From Zancudomyces culisetae HAW-14-8 (taxonomy: Eukaryota; Fungi; Kickxellomycota): a DNA stretch of 64,000 bases. The DNA is taken from contig JBNJNM010000015.1 in the NCBI GenBank assembly GCA_052426225.1, forward strand, positions 1,240,001-1,304,000, read 5' to 3'. The notes under the pieces are model-generated. The model made no database searches. It was not told the origin of the DNA and saw nothing but the letters and a program-made list of their open reading frames with translations. Position numbers and translations under genes: made by a program. Positions 25,715 through 38,345 of this stretch are shown here, piece by piece. Position 1 is the first letter of the stretch. Every line of letters begins with the position of its first letter.

Positions 25715-27343
25715 TTCTCTTTTCTCTTTTCTCTTTTCTGTTTTCTCTTTTCTATTTCCTTTTTATTTGTCCTTTAGCCTCTAAATTGTATCTCTAGTCT
25801 TTTTCCTATTACAAAAAAAATAAATTCTTAAAGAATGTTTTTTAAAGTGTCTTTGAATATACAATAAAACAAACAGTTGGCTTTATACTTTAAATATTTC
25901 GGCCTTGTTTTCAATCTCTCGCTATACTATTGCTATTGCTATTGCTATTATTACTTTTGCTTTTACTTTTACTTTTACACTCTCAGATTATTTATTTCAA
26001 GCGTATAAAAAAAAAGTTGTCAATTTATTTAATTTTTTTTTATTTTTTTTTATTTTATTTTATTTTATTTTTACTTGCTGAATATATTAATTTCTGGAAC
26101 TAGTTAAATCAAATTGTCCTAGTTTACCGTTTTTGATTTATTTTATTTTATTATATTTTATTTATTTATTTATTTATTTATCTATCTATCTATCTATCTA
26201 TTTACTTTTACTTGTATTTATATTTATACTTTTACTTTTCAACAAACTTGTATATCATTACCGAAATTCAAATATCTCGAGTGTATAAAACATGAAAAAT
26301 ATCAAACTTGAACCCAATCAATCAATCAAACAAAATATATAAATAAAAATTGGTATTCTCTTCACAATATACATTTTGTAGGTCTCGGTTAAATTTTTTT
26401 TAATACATGTGTATACTCTTGCCATCATTTACAAACTTGGTTTTCCTTTTTTTTTTGTTTTTACAATATCTTGCATTAGCTATTTTTTATTCTGTTTTAT
26501 TGAATCTTGTAATATCACACCATATCACATAGAATAACATAACATCACTTTCACTCCTTTTTCTTTCTCCATCATCTTTCTCCCTTCTTCCCACCGCCCT
26601 CCCTCCCCTCCCCTCCCCCCCAAAAAAAAATACAAATATTAATAAACATACTTGATTTCTTTTAAATAATGCACTTCAACTTTAGTTTTCGTTTTTATTT
26701 TCTACCCAATTTAATCAATTCAAAACAATATTAACAATAATAATAATAATAATAGCAACAATAATAAAAAATCAACTCCTACCCACCTATTTATTTCTTT
26801 TATCTTTCATTTGTTCCCACATACTCTATTAACCAATTTTTATTTGCCCAAATTGTTTTTATTTCTGTTTTTGTTTTTGTTTCTGTTTTTATTTCATAAA
26901 CTCTAATTTTGATTAAATTGTATATATTTACAAATCAATTTTTTTTTGTTTTGTCTTATATTTATTTATTTTTTTATTTTTAAAAGGGAAAACTATACAA
27001 ATATTTTTCCCTCTCCTCATCTTTTACAAACAAAAGTACACACATACACACTTGCACACAAAAAAAAAAAGTAATACTGAGAATAGTGGGTATTTTCCAT
27101 CAATTCCATATTTGGTAAATTCATATTACCAATCAACCATATTACAAGCTTTTGTAATTCTCACCAAAAATAAATAAATATAAAAAAAAAAGACACCAAA
27201 CCTTTATAAACTTTGAATGTAACTAATATCTCTTCTTTTAATAATTATACCTTTTTAGTCAATTAAAGGGGAAATAAGAAATGTAGTATAAAAAGTTGGG
27301 AGGCAGGAAGAGAAGGAGGAGGATGATGAGGAGAGTAAGGAGG

Positions 27344-27365
27344 TGTGTGTGTGTGTGTGTGTGTG
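27344..27365 (+). repeat. (GT)n dinucleotide microsatellite
   Basis: About 11 GT units. Confidence 0.9.
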
Positions 27366-27868
27366 GAAAAGAAAAACTTATTAAACTCCATAGTTTGGGT
27401 AAATCGGGCTTTTATTGATCTTTCAGACAAAATCTATCCGATAACCGTTATGTTTTCCAATAACAATTATAGAAATGATTTTTGATTAATTGATACTCAC
27501 ATTAATCAATATTCTCATGCACACAAATGTCCATTAGTGTTATTAAAGTTTATTTTCATCCCCCCCCCTCCCTCATCCATAGATTTTTAATCCTGTAGCT
27601 TCAACTATAACGTTCAAAAAAATTAACAGTATATAGACTTAGACTAAACATGAACTCATAAATCCAAGACTTGGTTATTCTTAAACTTTTTATCTTTCAA
27701 AACTCGGTTCAAAGAACTCAAATAAATTTATTCCAGTCACCATTAAACATAAAAAATAGATCCAAATATGTGAATAAATATATAATTGAATAATTAATTA
27801 GACGGAAAAAAAAAGGAAAATAAATGACAGAATGCACAATATCCTAAAATCAAATAATATTTACCATT

Positions 27869-30017
27869 CTAAGATCTTGGAAGATCAAATGCAATAACTC
27901 GCCACTTGTCATTCTCCTCATTTCCAGAACCAAAACAGGTAACTGACTGTACGTCATCTGCATACAAAATATCATGAGAATGCAGTGTCATTCCACTTAC
28001 ATAGTGCCTAAACACCACCACATCCTCAGCATTCCACCGATCTCTTGTCGACCGATCCGAAAATCTCTCGACTACCCAGTGATCATTCTCATCACTCTCC
28101 AGCTTGCCGCCAAATGCAGTGACCTCATTTTGGTTTGATCGTGGACATGTGAACCGATAGTGTGAATGAAGCTGTTTTTCAGTTCCCAAATGTCTCAATC
28201 GAATCTGTGTGCCATAATTGACTACCGATCCTGGCACTGGAACATCTTGGTTCGCTGGAAGTACCTGCCACAAATCGCATCGCTCGGGATTCCATCGGTG
28301 ACAGTACACCAGGCTTTGGCCCGACCCGGCCTTGGAAACGTTGTACTGGTCGGTCCTCAAAAGTCTGCCTGTCATGTTATGCTTTAATGCAACTATTGAA
28401 CCTATTTTGATTATATTATCGCCATTGTTCAAGTAAATCTGTGGGTATGAATGTGGTGTCGGCGAATTTACTGAACTTCTATTTGGATTTGGTTCGCGAA
28501 TATCGTTAGGATTGTATGAGTAATTCGGGCCTGCACTATTTCCACATCCAGCGTTATTTCCTCCTCCATATTGTTGATGGTTATTTTGATTTTGCATATT
28601 TCCATGTTGGTTGTTGTAACCGCCCATATTGTTAGCTCCATAGTATTGGTTGTTGTTGTTGTAGTTACTGCTATTGTTGTAACCGCCGTATCCTGGGTCC
28701 TGTGGTTTATTTTCGTATCCCCCTGCTGTGTATGGCTGGTTACTATACTCTTGTTTTCCCTGGTGGTGTTGTGATGCTCCCTCGTCGTCTGAACTATCCG
28801 AGTCGCTGTGGTGGTGCTTCTTTTTGGACGCATAGATTCCTGTTCCAACAGCTGCTGCTGCTAGTGCTGTCCCTGCTGCTGCAAGTCCCGCCCATTTTAG
28901 CTTGTCGTTCTTCTTCTTGGCTGCGTACTCGTCTTGGTATCCGTCCATGTTGTTCCCTTGCATACCATGTGGCTGATTGCTAGGACCTCCTGGAAATCCT
29001 CCTGATATTCCTGTTGGTTTGCTTTGCATTGGTGGGGGTGTGTTTGGATTTCCTGCACCGTATCCCGCATTTCCATATCCGCTCTCTGGTCTACCAAGAT
29101 TTGCGGGTGGTCGCGCCATATTATTATTGTTGTTGTTGTTGAAAGGTGGTACAGGTGCTCCGCCTTGACCTGGAGGTCGGTTTCCATATCCTGGATTTTG
29201 CGACTCCGGACGTGCGTTATACATATTGCCGCCATCTGGTCGGTTTGGCACCCAGTTACCCGGATGCTCTTGCTGTGTATTCGGTCTTTGTGGTCCTCCG
29301 TTCGGATTATTTGGATATGGCTGGTTGTGTGTCATGTTATATGGCTCCTGTTTAGGATTGCCGTATCCTGATGCTTGGAATCCTGTATTCACTGGTCGTG
29401 GAGTTTGTGGTCCATACCCTGGTCCCATTGGTCCCGCTGATCCCATTGGCCCTACTGGTCCCATTGGCCCCGCTGGTCCCATTGGTCCTGCTGGTCCTGT
29501 TGGTCCCGCTGGCATTGGTGGTCCTGCTGGCATTGGTGGTCCCTGCTCAGGCCTTTTACCACCCTGTGATCCTCCCATAGCGCCATCGTTAAACCGCTGC
29601 CCAGGTCCCTGTGGTGGTACACTTGGCTCAGTTTGATTGAAGCCTTGTTGTTGTGGCTGGCCAAAGCCGGTGCTTATCTGCTCTTGCGGGTTTGGTCCTG
29701 GACGCTCTACATTTCCTAACGGGATTGGCGGGCGGTTCTGGATGTTTGTAGGTTGGCTATCCACCCTGTTTCTATTTTCAAACACACCTTCGGCATTATC
29801 ATTTCCAGATCTCACTTCTCCTTCATTATTTGATTTGAAGGGGTTTTCCCTGTTTGATTTACATTTGTTACCTGTTAGCTTTTATCTATTCGCAATACCG
29901 CGCTATATCTATAATTTTATGTCTATATAACCAAATATTTTACTTGAGGCTTACTTACTGATGATCATTTACTTCAGGCATTTTTTGTTTTCCACTACTA
30001 AACTCTGTGTTATTCAT
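27869..30017 (-). CDS. Protein with G/P/N/Q low-complexity region, (Gly-Pro-X)10 collagen-like run, hydrophobic helix and C-terminal MIR (SDF2/PMT-like beta-trefoil) domain; 2 exons, ~679 aa
   Basis: Exon 30017-29959 ([19 protein letters not shown]), intron gtaagt..gctaac..aaacag 29958-29850, exon 29849-27869 in frame with the 648-aa ORF. MIR repeats [35 protein letters not shown]...QNEVTAF...[20 protein letters not shown]. Confidence 0.8.
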
Positions 30018-31614
30018 ATATGCTTTATATATTTTTGCGAGTAATTTGACTTTGAATATTGTCCTTAGCAAGTGATACTCTCCTTTACTATGCTTCTATA
30101 TTGGTGCCGATATTAGCTAGCGTATCGATACCTTCAGTTATTGAGCGGATACCTGCTTCTTTATTTGATATTTATAATCTCAGCATTTTTCTCTTCTTGT
30201 TCTTTTCTATTCTTTTTTTCTTCAAATCTCCGATAAACTGAAGGAATAAGTTTTGTCTAATTCATGAATATTCTCGAGCATTTTAAATCCCGCTAGATTA
30301 TTTTATTTATTTTTATGTATGTAATGAATTAAATCTCCTTGAAGAACTCCTTTTTTTTTGTTCACATCTTTATCACACATCCTAAATTTATTTTCCCAGC
30401 TCACATTTTCAACCATTCGTTGATTAGCAGAATAATTAACTGCGGGTTTTAACAGCTTAGTTAAAAGGAAATAAACATCTCCAACCCAAAAATCAAAGCT
30501 ATAATAAATTAGGTAGCTTTAATTAGTGTTTAAACTTTGAAAAAGCTGGTGTGTAGACCATTTGATCATAATATTGTGTATGACCTTGGTCAATAACAAA
30601 TTATTTCAAAAATCCATACATACTTGTCTTTGGTTAAAGCACTATATGTATAAACATACCTTACAATCTTATCATCTAACAATGAAAAATAAAATAAAAA
30701 ACCAAGTGATCACTACACAACAACATGGCGTAACAAGTTTTGCTTATTAATTCACCAATACTCCAACGTGTAACCATCCTTTACTTTTTTTGGGGAGGAC
30801 TGCTATCAAGGTTTTACTTGATGTGCAGTGTTCAGGACTTGGTATAAATGTCACATATTTCCAATACAATGGCATCTTTTACCCATTTTCCGACTTACCC
30901 ATGCACAGGCTTCTCTTTGTATCCCAATAATACCAATATGAAATTAGAATTTTATTTCCATTTCCATTTCCATTTCCATTTCTATTTCTATCCCCAACTA
31001 TATTCATGTTTCTATTTTTGTTTTTTTACTAGCATTGCAATGCAGAGCCCTTTTTTTGGTTCCTAGAAAACACAGGTAGATTATCAAATTGTACCTGGAA
31101 GTCGCTGCTATACCAGTATAAACAGACACCAATAATGATTTTAGCATAATAAAAATTAGAGTATAAACAAGAATCCGCTACTATTTTTTCCTTTTATACG
31201 GCAATTTAACGCATCACGCGCACAGCACGATGTTCTGAGTCGAGTTTAGCACCCATACACCCGATTTTCCAAACCGGTCATAGCTTTGAAAACATGCCCT
31301 CTTTTGTCATATAACCACATTTCATTCATGCATACCAATACCACAAGGTTTAGCCTCATGTTCAAACATATGATATTTCATATTTTTTGTAAGCTGTTAT
31401 TCATGTGATATGATATTATCGCTCCAAACCCCATATGATACTTGTTTTTGCACCATTCCTTTGTGTCATATTAATTATGTCATCTTTATTTAGAAAGAAC
31501 AATAAGTTCAACATCCTCTCCTCTCTTATTTTAAGAAAAAAATAAAACTATTACTATTGATTCTTTGGACTTCCATTCTTGTCCTCTGTTATATCTCCAA
31601 CTAATTAAACATCT

Positions 31615-32623
31615 CTATTGATTCTGGAATAAAGTCCAAAGCTTCTCAAACTCTCTGGAAAAGCTATCCACTGCTGGTCTGCTATTAGTAATTATAAAGT
31701 TTTCTTGATTGTTTTTCCGCGCGTTCTTGGTCCAGTTATACGACCCTGAAAGGACCAAATTGCGATCAGCCACACAGAATTTATTGTGCATATAGGATGA
31801 ACGATTATCTAGTCTCACAGGAATTCCATGCTCGTCTCTTAGTTCAAATACATCAGCACCCAACCCTTTGGCTTGGTCGTCATCAGATATGATTCTTATC
31901 GCCACTCCCCTATTTTTCGCGTCGATAATCGCATATTTGATATCGTCATCAGTAATACTGAACACACAGATATCCAAAGTTCTTCTTGCGTTTTTGAGTA
32001 ACGAAATGAGTTTCTACAGTTAATATGTTTAAAATTCGTTACATATATATACCATACTTCAAAAAGAAAATAATATAATATAGGAATAACCGGATAAAAC
32101 AAATGAAAAAACTTACTTGGAAACTATCTTCAGACGGGAAAAAGTATGCATTCACATACACATCGTTATTGTTTTGATTATTGTTGGATGGGCGGGGGCC
32201 ATAGCTTTGGGCAGCAGGTGGTGGGGCTTGGTATGGTGTAGATATGACTTGACCTTGGCCACCCTGGTTAAAATCTATTGCCATTCCAATCATCTGGATT
32301 GCCCAGGAAGTAGTAGCTCGATCGTTCTCATTTGAAGACAATCTTCCGACTATATCCTCGATTTGCTTCGCGAGCGAGCCTGCATTTGGATTGTTATGTG
32401 CCAGCAGATTTGAGTAGATTCCAGCAAATTCATTTCTGTTGTACATTACACTGGGCGAACTTTCTAGGGTTCTGTATATAAAATCGTTTAAATTCATATT
32501 CGATGCTTCCTGTGCTGATATTTGGGGCCGTGGCTTTGGCTCGTTGCCGTATTGAGTATTTTGATTGGAATCCGAAGAGCCACCACAAAGCGCAGCCAGG
32601 CATGCTGAAATCGGATCCGACAT
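31615..32623 (-). CDS. PLD6: Single-HKD phospholipase D/nuclease, PLD6/Zucchini/Nuc-like (2 exons, ~301 aa)
   Basis: Exon 32623-32117, intron gtaagt..ctgtag, exon 32013-31615; YFFPS...LDICVFSITDD, MHNKFCVAD (HxKxxxxD), GSYNWT, NQEN, FEKLW. Confidence 0.85.
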
Positions 32624-35600
32624 TTTATTATTTCTATTTGCTTTTGTGAAATGGATAGAGTTGTGACTTGGATTATAACAGAGTATGCAGCTAGTATCAA
32701 TATATATATCAATACGGATTTTTTGTCCGTTTTACAACAATATTCCAAAAAAAAAAGTTGGGTGTTATGATTTATTTATTAGTGGTTGAATTTGTAAGTA
32801 TTATGTAAACAATAATCTAATTTTAAATTGATAAGCCCAGACTCAATAATGATCATAAACGTAATTTACATTAAATAGTAGCCAATAAAGCTTTAGAAAC
32901 GGGATTATAAACTAATTGTCGATACCCAACAGATTTAGACTGGATGAAAAAAAAGCAACGCTGCCAATTTTATCCAGCACAATAGAAAATAGGATACTGG
33001 CTCTGCTCTGCACTATCATCAGTTCATTTTAGACAATCCATCGTACAATATTATTGCACAAAGACAGAGATTAAGTAGTTAATATAACAATACAAAGATG
33101 TTTTCATAAAAACTGGTGAGAAGCTGGAGAGGGGAAGAATCAATTCCATGTAAAACTATGCTCATATTTATATTTTTTACATCAACATTGTCTCAACTAC
33201 CGGTTTCTGCACTCAACCCCCCCTAATAGTCAGCCTATTACAATACTAAATACATTTTATCGGTTAAACAAAAAAGATAGACTCGGGCCAATTCTAGTAG
33301 TGCAAACTAGATAAATTAGTTAAACATAACCAACATTTGAACCTAGTCTTGTGTACTTTTGCTCAACCGAAACCCCGTTTTTTAGACCAAAAGATGGGAA
33401 TGTTTCAACACACCACTGTTAAACTTGCCGAATCTATATTTTCAGTTTATTTTTATATTTAATCATATTTGTATATTTTTAGACTTTATAGGTAGTGATC
33501 CTTGGAAATACATATATATAAATCAACGAATGCTACACCTTTTAAATACATTCGCAGTTTTTCACACCTTGTGAAACAAGAGAATGAACTGGTCTTGTGG
33601 AAAATGTTGTAAAAAATCAACTTTTTTTAAATTTCAGACCTGATGAATATCAATGATGCTGCAAGACAACAAGCAAAGCCCTTATTATCCTCAGTTATAT
33701 TCCAAAAAGTTGCGGAAAAGTGGTACTAAAATGATAAAGTATAAATTGAAAAGCTAAAAGCATCGGGTCGAGCTTATAATCCTCAAACTCGAATATGAGA
33801 CCACCAATATGGTCCACTTTGCATGCTCACACCATCATCTCTTGTTTAATCTTTAATTTATACGTACTGGTTTATTCAAGATGATTTCTATATTAAATAC
33901 ATGATAACTAAAGCCAAAAGCAAGAAAAGTCACAAGATGGTAGCAAAAACACGGTAAGATAAATTCAAGCCAACAGGTGTATGCGTATTAGATTTACGGT
34001 CTATCTTTTATCTAGATGATATCTGAATCGAGTGGGTTTTTTGTAATCGCCAATTGCTGAATAGGTGAAGCTGATTAATTGAGAATATAGAAAAATGAAA
34101 CAGGATGTGAATTGTGCTTGCATCCGCTGATGTCGAACTTATCAGCAAAGGCTTTCTTGAATATCCAGGTGTTTTGGATTGATTTTCTTTTACCCGACAT
34201 TCCTCCCCTTTAATCAAGTACTGTCATGTGGTTTTTGAGTTCTCATGGGAAATTTAAAAATTATGGTGCTGACAACACCAAGTTTAAACTCTTGTAAAAA
34301 AAAACTATAATCTAAAACGGTAACCCAAAGACGCCACCAGAATAAATTTTACCAATGCTGAAACATGCACGTCTCAAACCCCTTGGTGATGCAAGTAAAC
34401 AAGCAACCAGAAAGAAAAAAGAAAAAAGATGACATTATTATACTTTCTTTACAGGCGAATTTATGTGTGTGTGTATTTATAAACTATTAAAAGGTCACTC
34501 AATCAAATTACAGTACACTGTGAATAGTAATTATAGCTTTAAAGAAATGGAAACAATTGAATTTCTAGTGTATACCACATGAGAGAGGGGGGGATGGAAT
34601 AAAGTGGGTAAACCAGCTTTGGCATCCTCCTCCAATTGAAATTTAAAAAGACCTACACCACATGTGGAGCATCATTGTATAAGAACAGTGGTTTAGGAGA
34701 TAGAGGCGTATTAAGGAGTGGTGGTCAGCGCACTTTATCATATTTGACGGACAGATTTTTTTTGAATAAAGACAAGCATTTAAAAGGCTGAAACAGCCAC
34801 TTTTTGTCAATAATACACACTCTGAAAAGCAGATGCAAACTATGCTAAAAGAAAAAAACAAACACTTTGAATAAGTATAGGATTGTAACAATGACCTCAC
34901 TGTCCTCGTCTTGGAAATGGCACTGCCTTAAAACAATGCAATTACGCAAATCCATCCAAAATTTAAAGTGTGTCATCATGGAGGAGGACAGAGCTAACCT
35001 ATTGGATTTTTTCCGTTATATTTTTTTATTTGCTCAAACGCATTATCTTTCACTATTTATTTAGCATGAGAGTTAGCACAAAAGACTAGAACATATTTAG
35101 TTACTTTTCCCGATATGCCGTTGAAATGTGATATTCCACACTTATTGTTTTTTTCAAGCACGTTTACTTGTTTTTCTTGAGTATTTTTTTTATGTCCGTT
35201 TTGTTTTGTATCAGTTTATTATCCTGATTCTGTTTTACAGCGTATTCCCATCGCACCCCCTTCTCTCCTTACAATTTCCCGAGTGTTGGCACAATTTAGC
35301 TAAAGAACGTGAAACAAAATTCGTCATTAGTGATTCTGGGAACTTGTGCTTATCGATATTGCATACCACTTACCATTTTACTTCAAAGTAAGCCAGAATA
35401 GCGAAATGAAAAGATTCAAATAAAAGGATTTCCAATTATGCCGGTACTGTTTATACAAAGTATTAGTAGAGTGGGGGGAGGGGAAGGCTAGGCCAAAAGT
35501 AAATTGATTTATGGCTAGAACATACTTGCATAACTCAAAATGGCTTGGCGCTTTAAGCACCTAAGAATGTTTTATACTGAAGCTATACGGAAATATACTG

Positions 35601-35645
35601 GACGCTTTTAATTTCAGTTGGACTCGCTTGCTGGCCTCGCTTTCT

Positions 35646-35696
35646 TTCATTTTCATTTTCATTTTCATTTTCATTTTCATTTTTATTTTTGTTTTC
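35646..35696 (+). repeat. (TTTCAT)n hexamer microsatellite
   Basis: Six near-perfect units plus degenerate copies. Confidence 0.9.
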
Positions 35697-36219
35697 ATGA
35701 TCAATGGTTCAAAACCAGTGCCTTATCATTGCTTCAATAAAAAACGTGTTTAACACATTGGTTAAACGGGAAATGTGAAAACAGCATGATCACAACTTAT
35801 CTTCAATTGGCTATTACCTAGCAATGATAACCTTTAAACGTGTCTCGTGATTCTCATTTTGAAATTGCTTAGAATCTCCAAATTTAGAGTGCTAGCTCAA
35901 TGTGAGATTTCAATATGTATTTTTTTTATTGTATCTGCGCAGTTTTACTAATTTACCAATTTGTATGAGGTCATATTGAGAATTAATAGAAACACAAACA
36001 CCATTATTATGAAAGTACATGGTGTTTTATAAAATCTCGTATGTGAACAGATAACATATTCGTATTCGTATTTGTGTTTTTATTTATATTTATACCAATA
36101 TCAGACACTACTTTTCCAAATGATAATTCAAGTAAATTTGTTCCATTTCAACTTTCTAGCGATATTACGAAAAACAAAAATACAAAAGTGGTCTTGACCT
36201 TATACTTTAAAGTTCTATT

Positions 36220-37785
36220 ATGTGGAGTAATATACTGTTTGGAGCAAAGAAACTAAAGTTAATAAATGCCGAAACAGCCGAAAGTAATGATGTAAAGAAT
36301 AAAGGTGAATCAAAGTTGAGTCCAAACTCAAAGCTTGAGGTGGTCTTTCCATTGAGCAACGATAGCTATATCATTTCCAATAAAAAACAGATAATGTACA
36401 AGGCAAATGCAGGTATTGACATAAACCCAGGAAAGGGCGTAAATTCTAGATATCCGGGATTAAATATGGAGTTTTCATCAGTAAATGAATACACTGAGGT
36501 TCAGCTAACGCCACCCGGAAATATTAACGTGCCAGATTCCGAAGTAGATATGTCTGGTGGGTACAATCCCAACTCATCCGAAAGCAAGAGATACTCATAC
36601 CCACCAAACATAGTCGCATTAGATGAAGGGTGGGAAGAGATAAATGTAGAAGCGTTATTGAAAGGTTTGCAAAATGAGCCAAAGGAGGCTCTTTCACTTG
36701 AAGAGAAAGGCTATTTGTTAGATTTTGGGAAAAAACTTGAAGAAAAAAAGAAAATACTAAACTCTCAAGGAAAAGATAGCGTTGTTCCATCAGGGATAGT
36801 TCTGAAAAAACCTAAAGAGACGCCGAAGGATGACTGCATAGAGTTGGATGCAAAAGACAACTCTGTAGAGTGTGTTGAGACTGGTACTAAGAGTGATATG
36901 AGTTTAACGATAGCTTCAGAAAGAAATACACATGCGAAAAAGGCTAATGAAAAGTCAAAAGATATTAACGAGGTGGATAGCGTTCTGGATATAATCAATA
37001 AGAAAGCTATCGACTCAAAGTTGACATTTGAAAAGATGGCAAAAAAAATAGAAAACAGCAATGCGGAAAGGTATTCAGGTTTAAATAAGGCCCTAGGTAA
37101 TGAGACTAAGGAAAAAAAGAACGTCAATGCGCTGGTTTCCGCAGATATTAACAAAAATAAGGCAGGCGAGCAAGCTGACTCAAAGTTAAAACTTACAACA
37201 CAAGCTAGTAGTGCAACGTGTAGAGATAAAAGCAGCATCAAAGCTACTATTTCTCAAAGTTCAGATAATGCATCACCAGATGATGAGTCCACTTATAGCA
37301 AAGTGACACCTATGCTAACCAGAAGACAGAAAAAAATAAACACTGAGCAATCAGAAATAAATAGTAACATCGAAGACAAACCTGGGTCTACAGTTTCCAA
37401 TACAAAGAGAAAGATAAAGATCAATACAAGCGCTGACTTTACAGAGTCCGAAAAAAGTAATACCGAAAGTGATGAGGGTAGCAGAACTGCAGATATTGTC
37501 ACAAAGAATAAAGATTCTCTGAGTCTCGCACAGCTCGGGTTGGGTAATCAGAAAATAGGTGTTTCCAGAGTCAGCAGCAAGATTAACAACCCGGCCTTTG
37601 TTTACAGTGCAGTACCAGCTTCAATCTTTGCCACACCATCGAAGAAACATATCAAAAACAACGCTACTGTCATCAGTACTGCGCCAGCTCAGGTTCCAGA
37701 AGTAAGCAAGCTACCAGGAAAAAGCGATAAGGCTAAATCTTCAAAAAAGCCAAAAGCAACAAAGCGTAGAAAGAGAGAAGTTTAA
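36220..37785 (+). CDS. Hypothetical 521-aa K/S/E-rich, largely disordered protein with basic C-terminus
   Basis: Long ATG-initiated ORF in AT-rich DNA; no recognisable domain; ends KSSKKPKATKRRKREV (NLS-like). Confidence 0.65.
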   Translation: MWSNILFGAKKLKLINAETAESNDVKNKGESKLSPNSKLEVVFPLSNDSYIISNKKQIMYKANAGIDINPGKGVNSRYPGLNMEFSSVNEYTEVQLTPPGNINVPDSEVDMSGGYNPNSSESKRYSYPPNIVALDEGWEEINVEALLKGLQNEPKEALSLEEKGYLLDFGKKLEEKKKILNSQGKDSVVPSGIVLKKPKETPKDDCIELDAKDNSVECVETGTKSDMSLTIASERNTHAKKANEKSKDINEVDSVLDIINKKAIDSKLTFEKMAKKIENSNAERYSGLNKALGNETKEKKNVNALVSADINKNKAGEQADSKLKLTTQASSATCRDKSSIKATISQSSDNASPDDESTYSKVTPMLTRRQKKINTEQSEINSNIEDKPGSTVSNTKRKIKINTSADFTESEKSNTESDEGSRTADIVTKNKDSLSLAQLGLGNQKIGVSRVSSKINNPAFVYSAVPASIFATPSKKHIKNNATVISTAPAQVPEVSKLPGKSDKAKSSKKPKATKRRKREV

Positions 37786-38119
37786 GATGAACGACGTGCA
37801 TTAAACCTTGGCGTTGCATTTTTATCATTATATGTTATAAACCTACAAAGTGAGAAGCATCGAGCCAGAAACGCTTGTAGTTAATGAAATGAATGAATTT
37901 TAAGACAGGGAATATAAGAATTATTACAAAGAGAAAACAAGGAGAAAAACGCTCGGAAATATGCATACTTTTCGAGGATAGGAGTTATAGATCTGTGTGA
38001 GCATATTTAGCAACAATATGGGGCACTTTGCCTTATTATTCAATTTTGAATATAAAACTTGTGTATTTTTTTAGCGTTTTTTTTTTTTTTTTTATATTTT
38101 TTTTGACTTTTTTTTTTAG

Positions 38120-38345
38120 GTTAGCTTTGTGGTAATCATAAGCAACCCTTCCAGCTGCAGGGGTTGATACAATGTGAAAAGATTAGTATTTGTTTAACAA
38201 GCAATAAACTTTGAGGTTAAGCACGAATCACCTTTCTGATCTGGCTTTGGGAACCAGGAAGCGCAGTATATAGTAACACAAGCAACGCCTTCAAAAACTG
38301 AAGGGGATGGAAATGCATCAAGTTCCGGTGTACTGTGCTTATTTG
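38120..38345 (+). ncRNA. Candidate structured non-coding RNA (family unassigned)
   Basis: Hand-found helices whose wobbles are G.U only on +: 38143-50/38159-66, 38180-86/38236-42, and 12-bp 38259-70/38329-40 enclosing hairpins 38288-38304 and 38306-38319. Confidence 0.3.

Noticed and set aside
33640-33860. Faint resemblance of VELIILKLEYETTNMV to the copia RNase H end
   Set aside because: Lacks the ADxxTK motif, LTRs and any other retroelement domain.
38115-38125. TTAGGTTAG as telomere seed or telomerase template
   Set aside because: Under two repeat units at the end of a T-tract; expected by chance.
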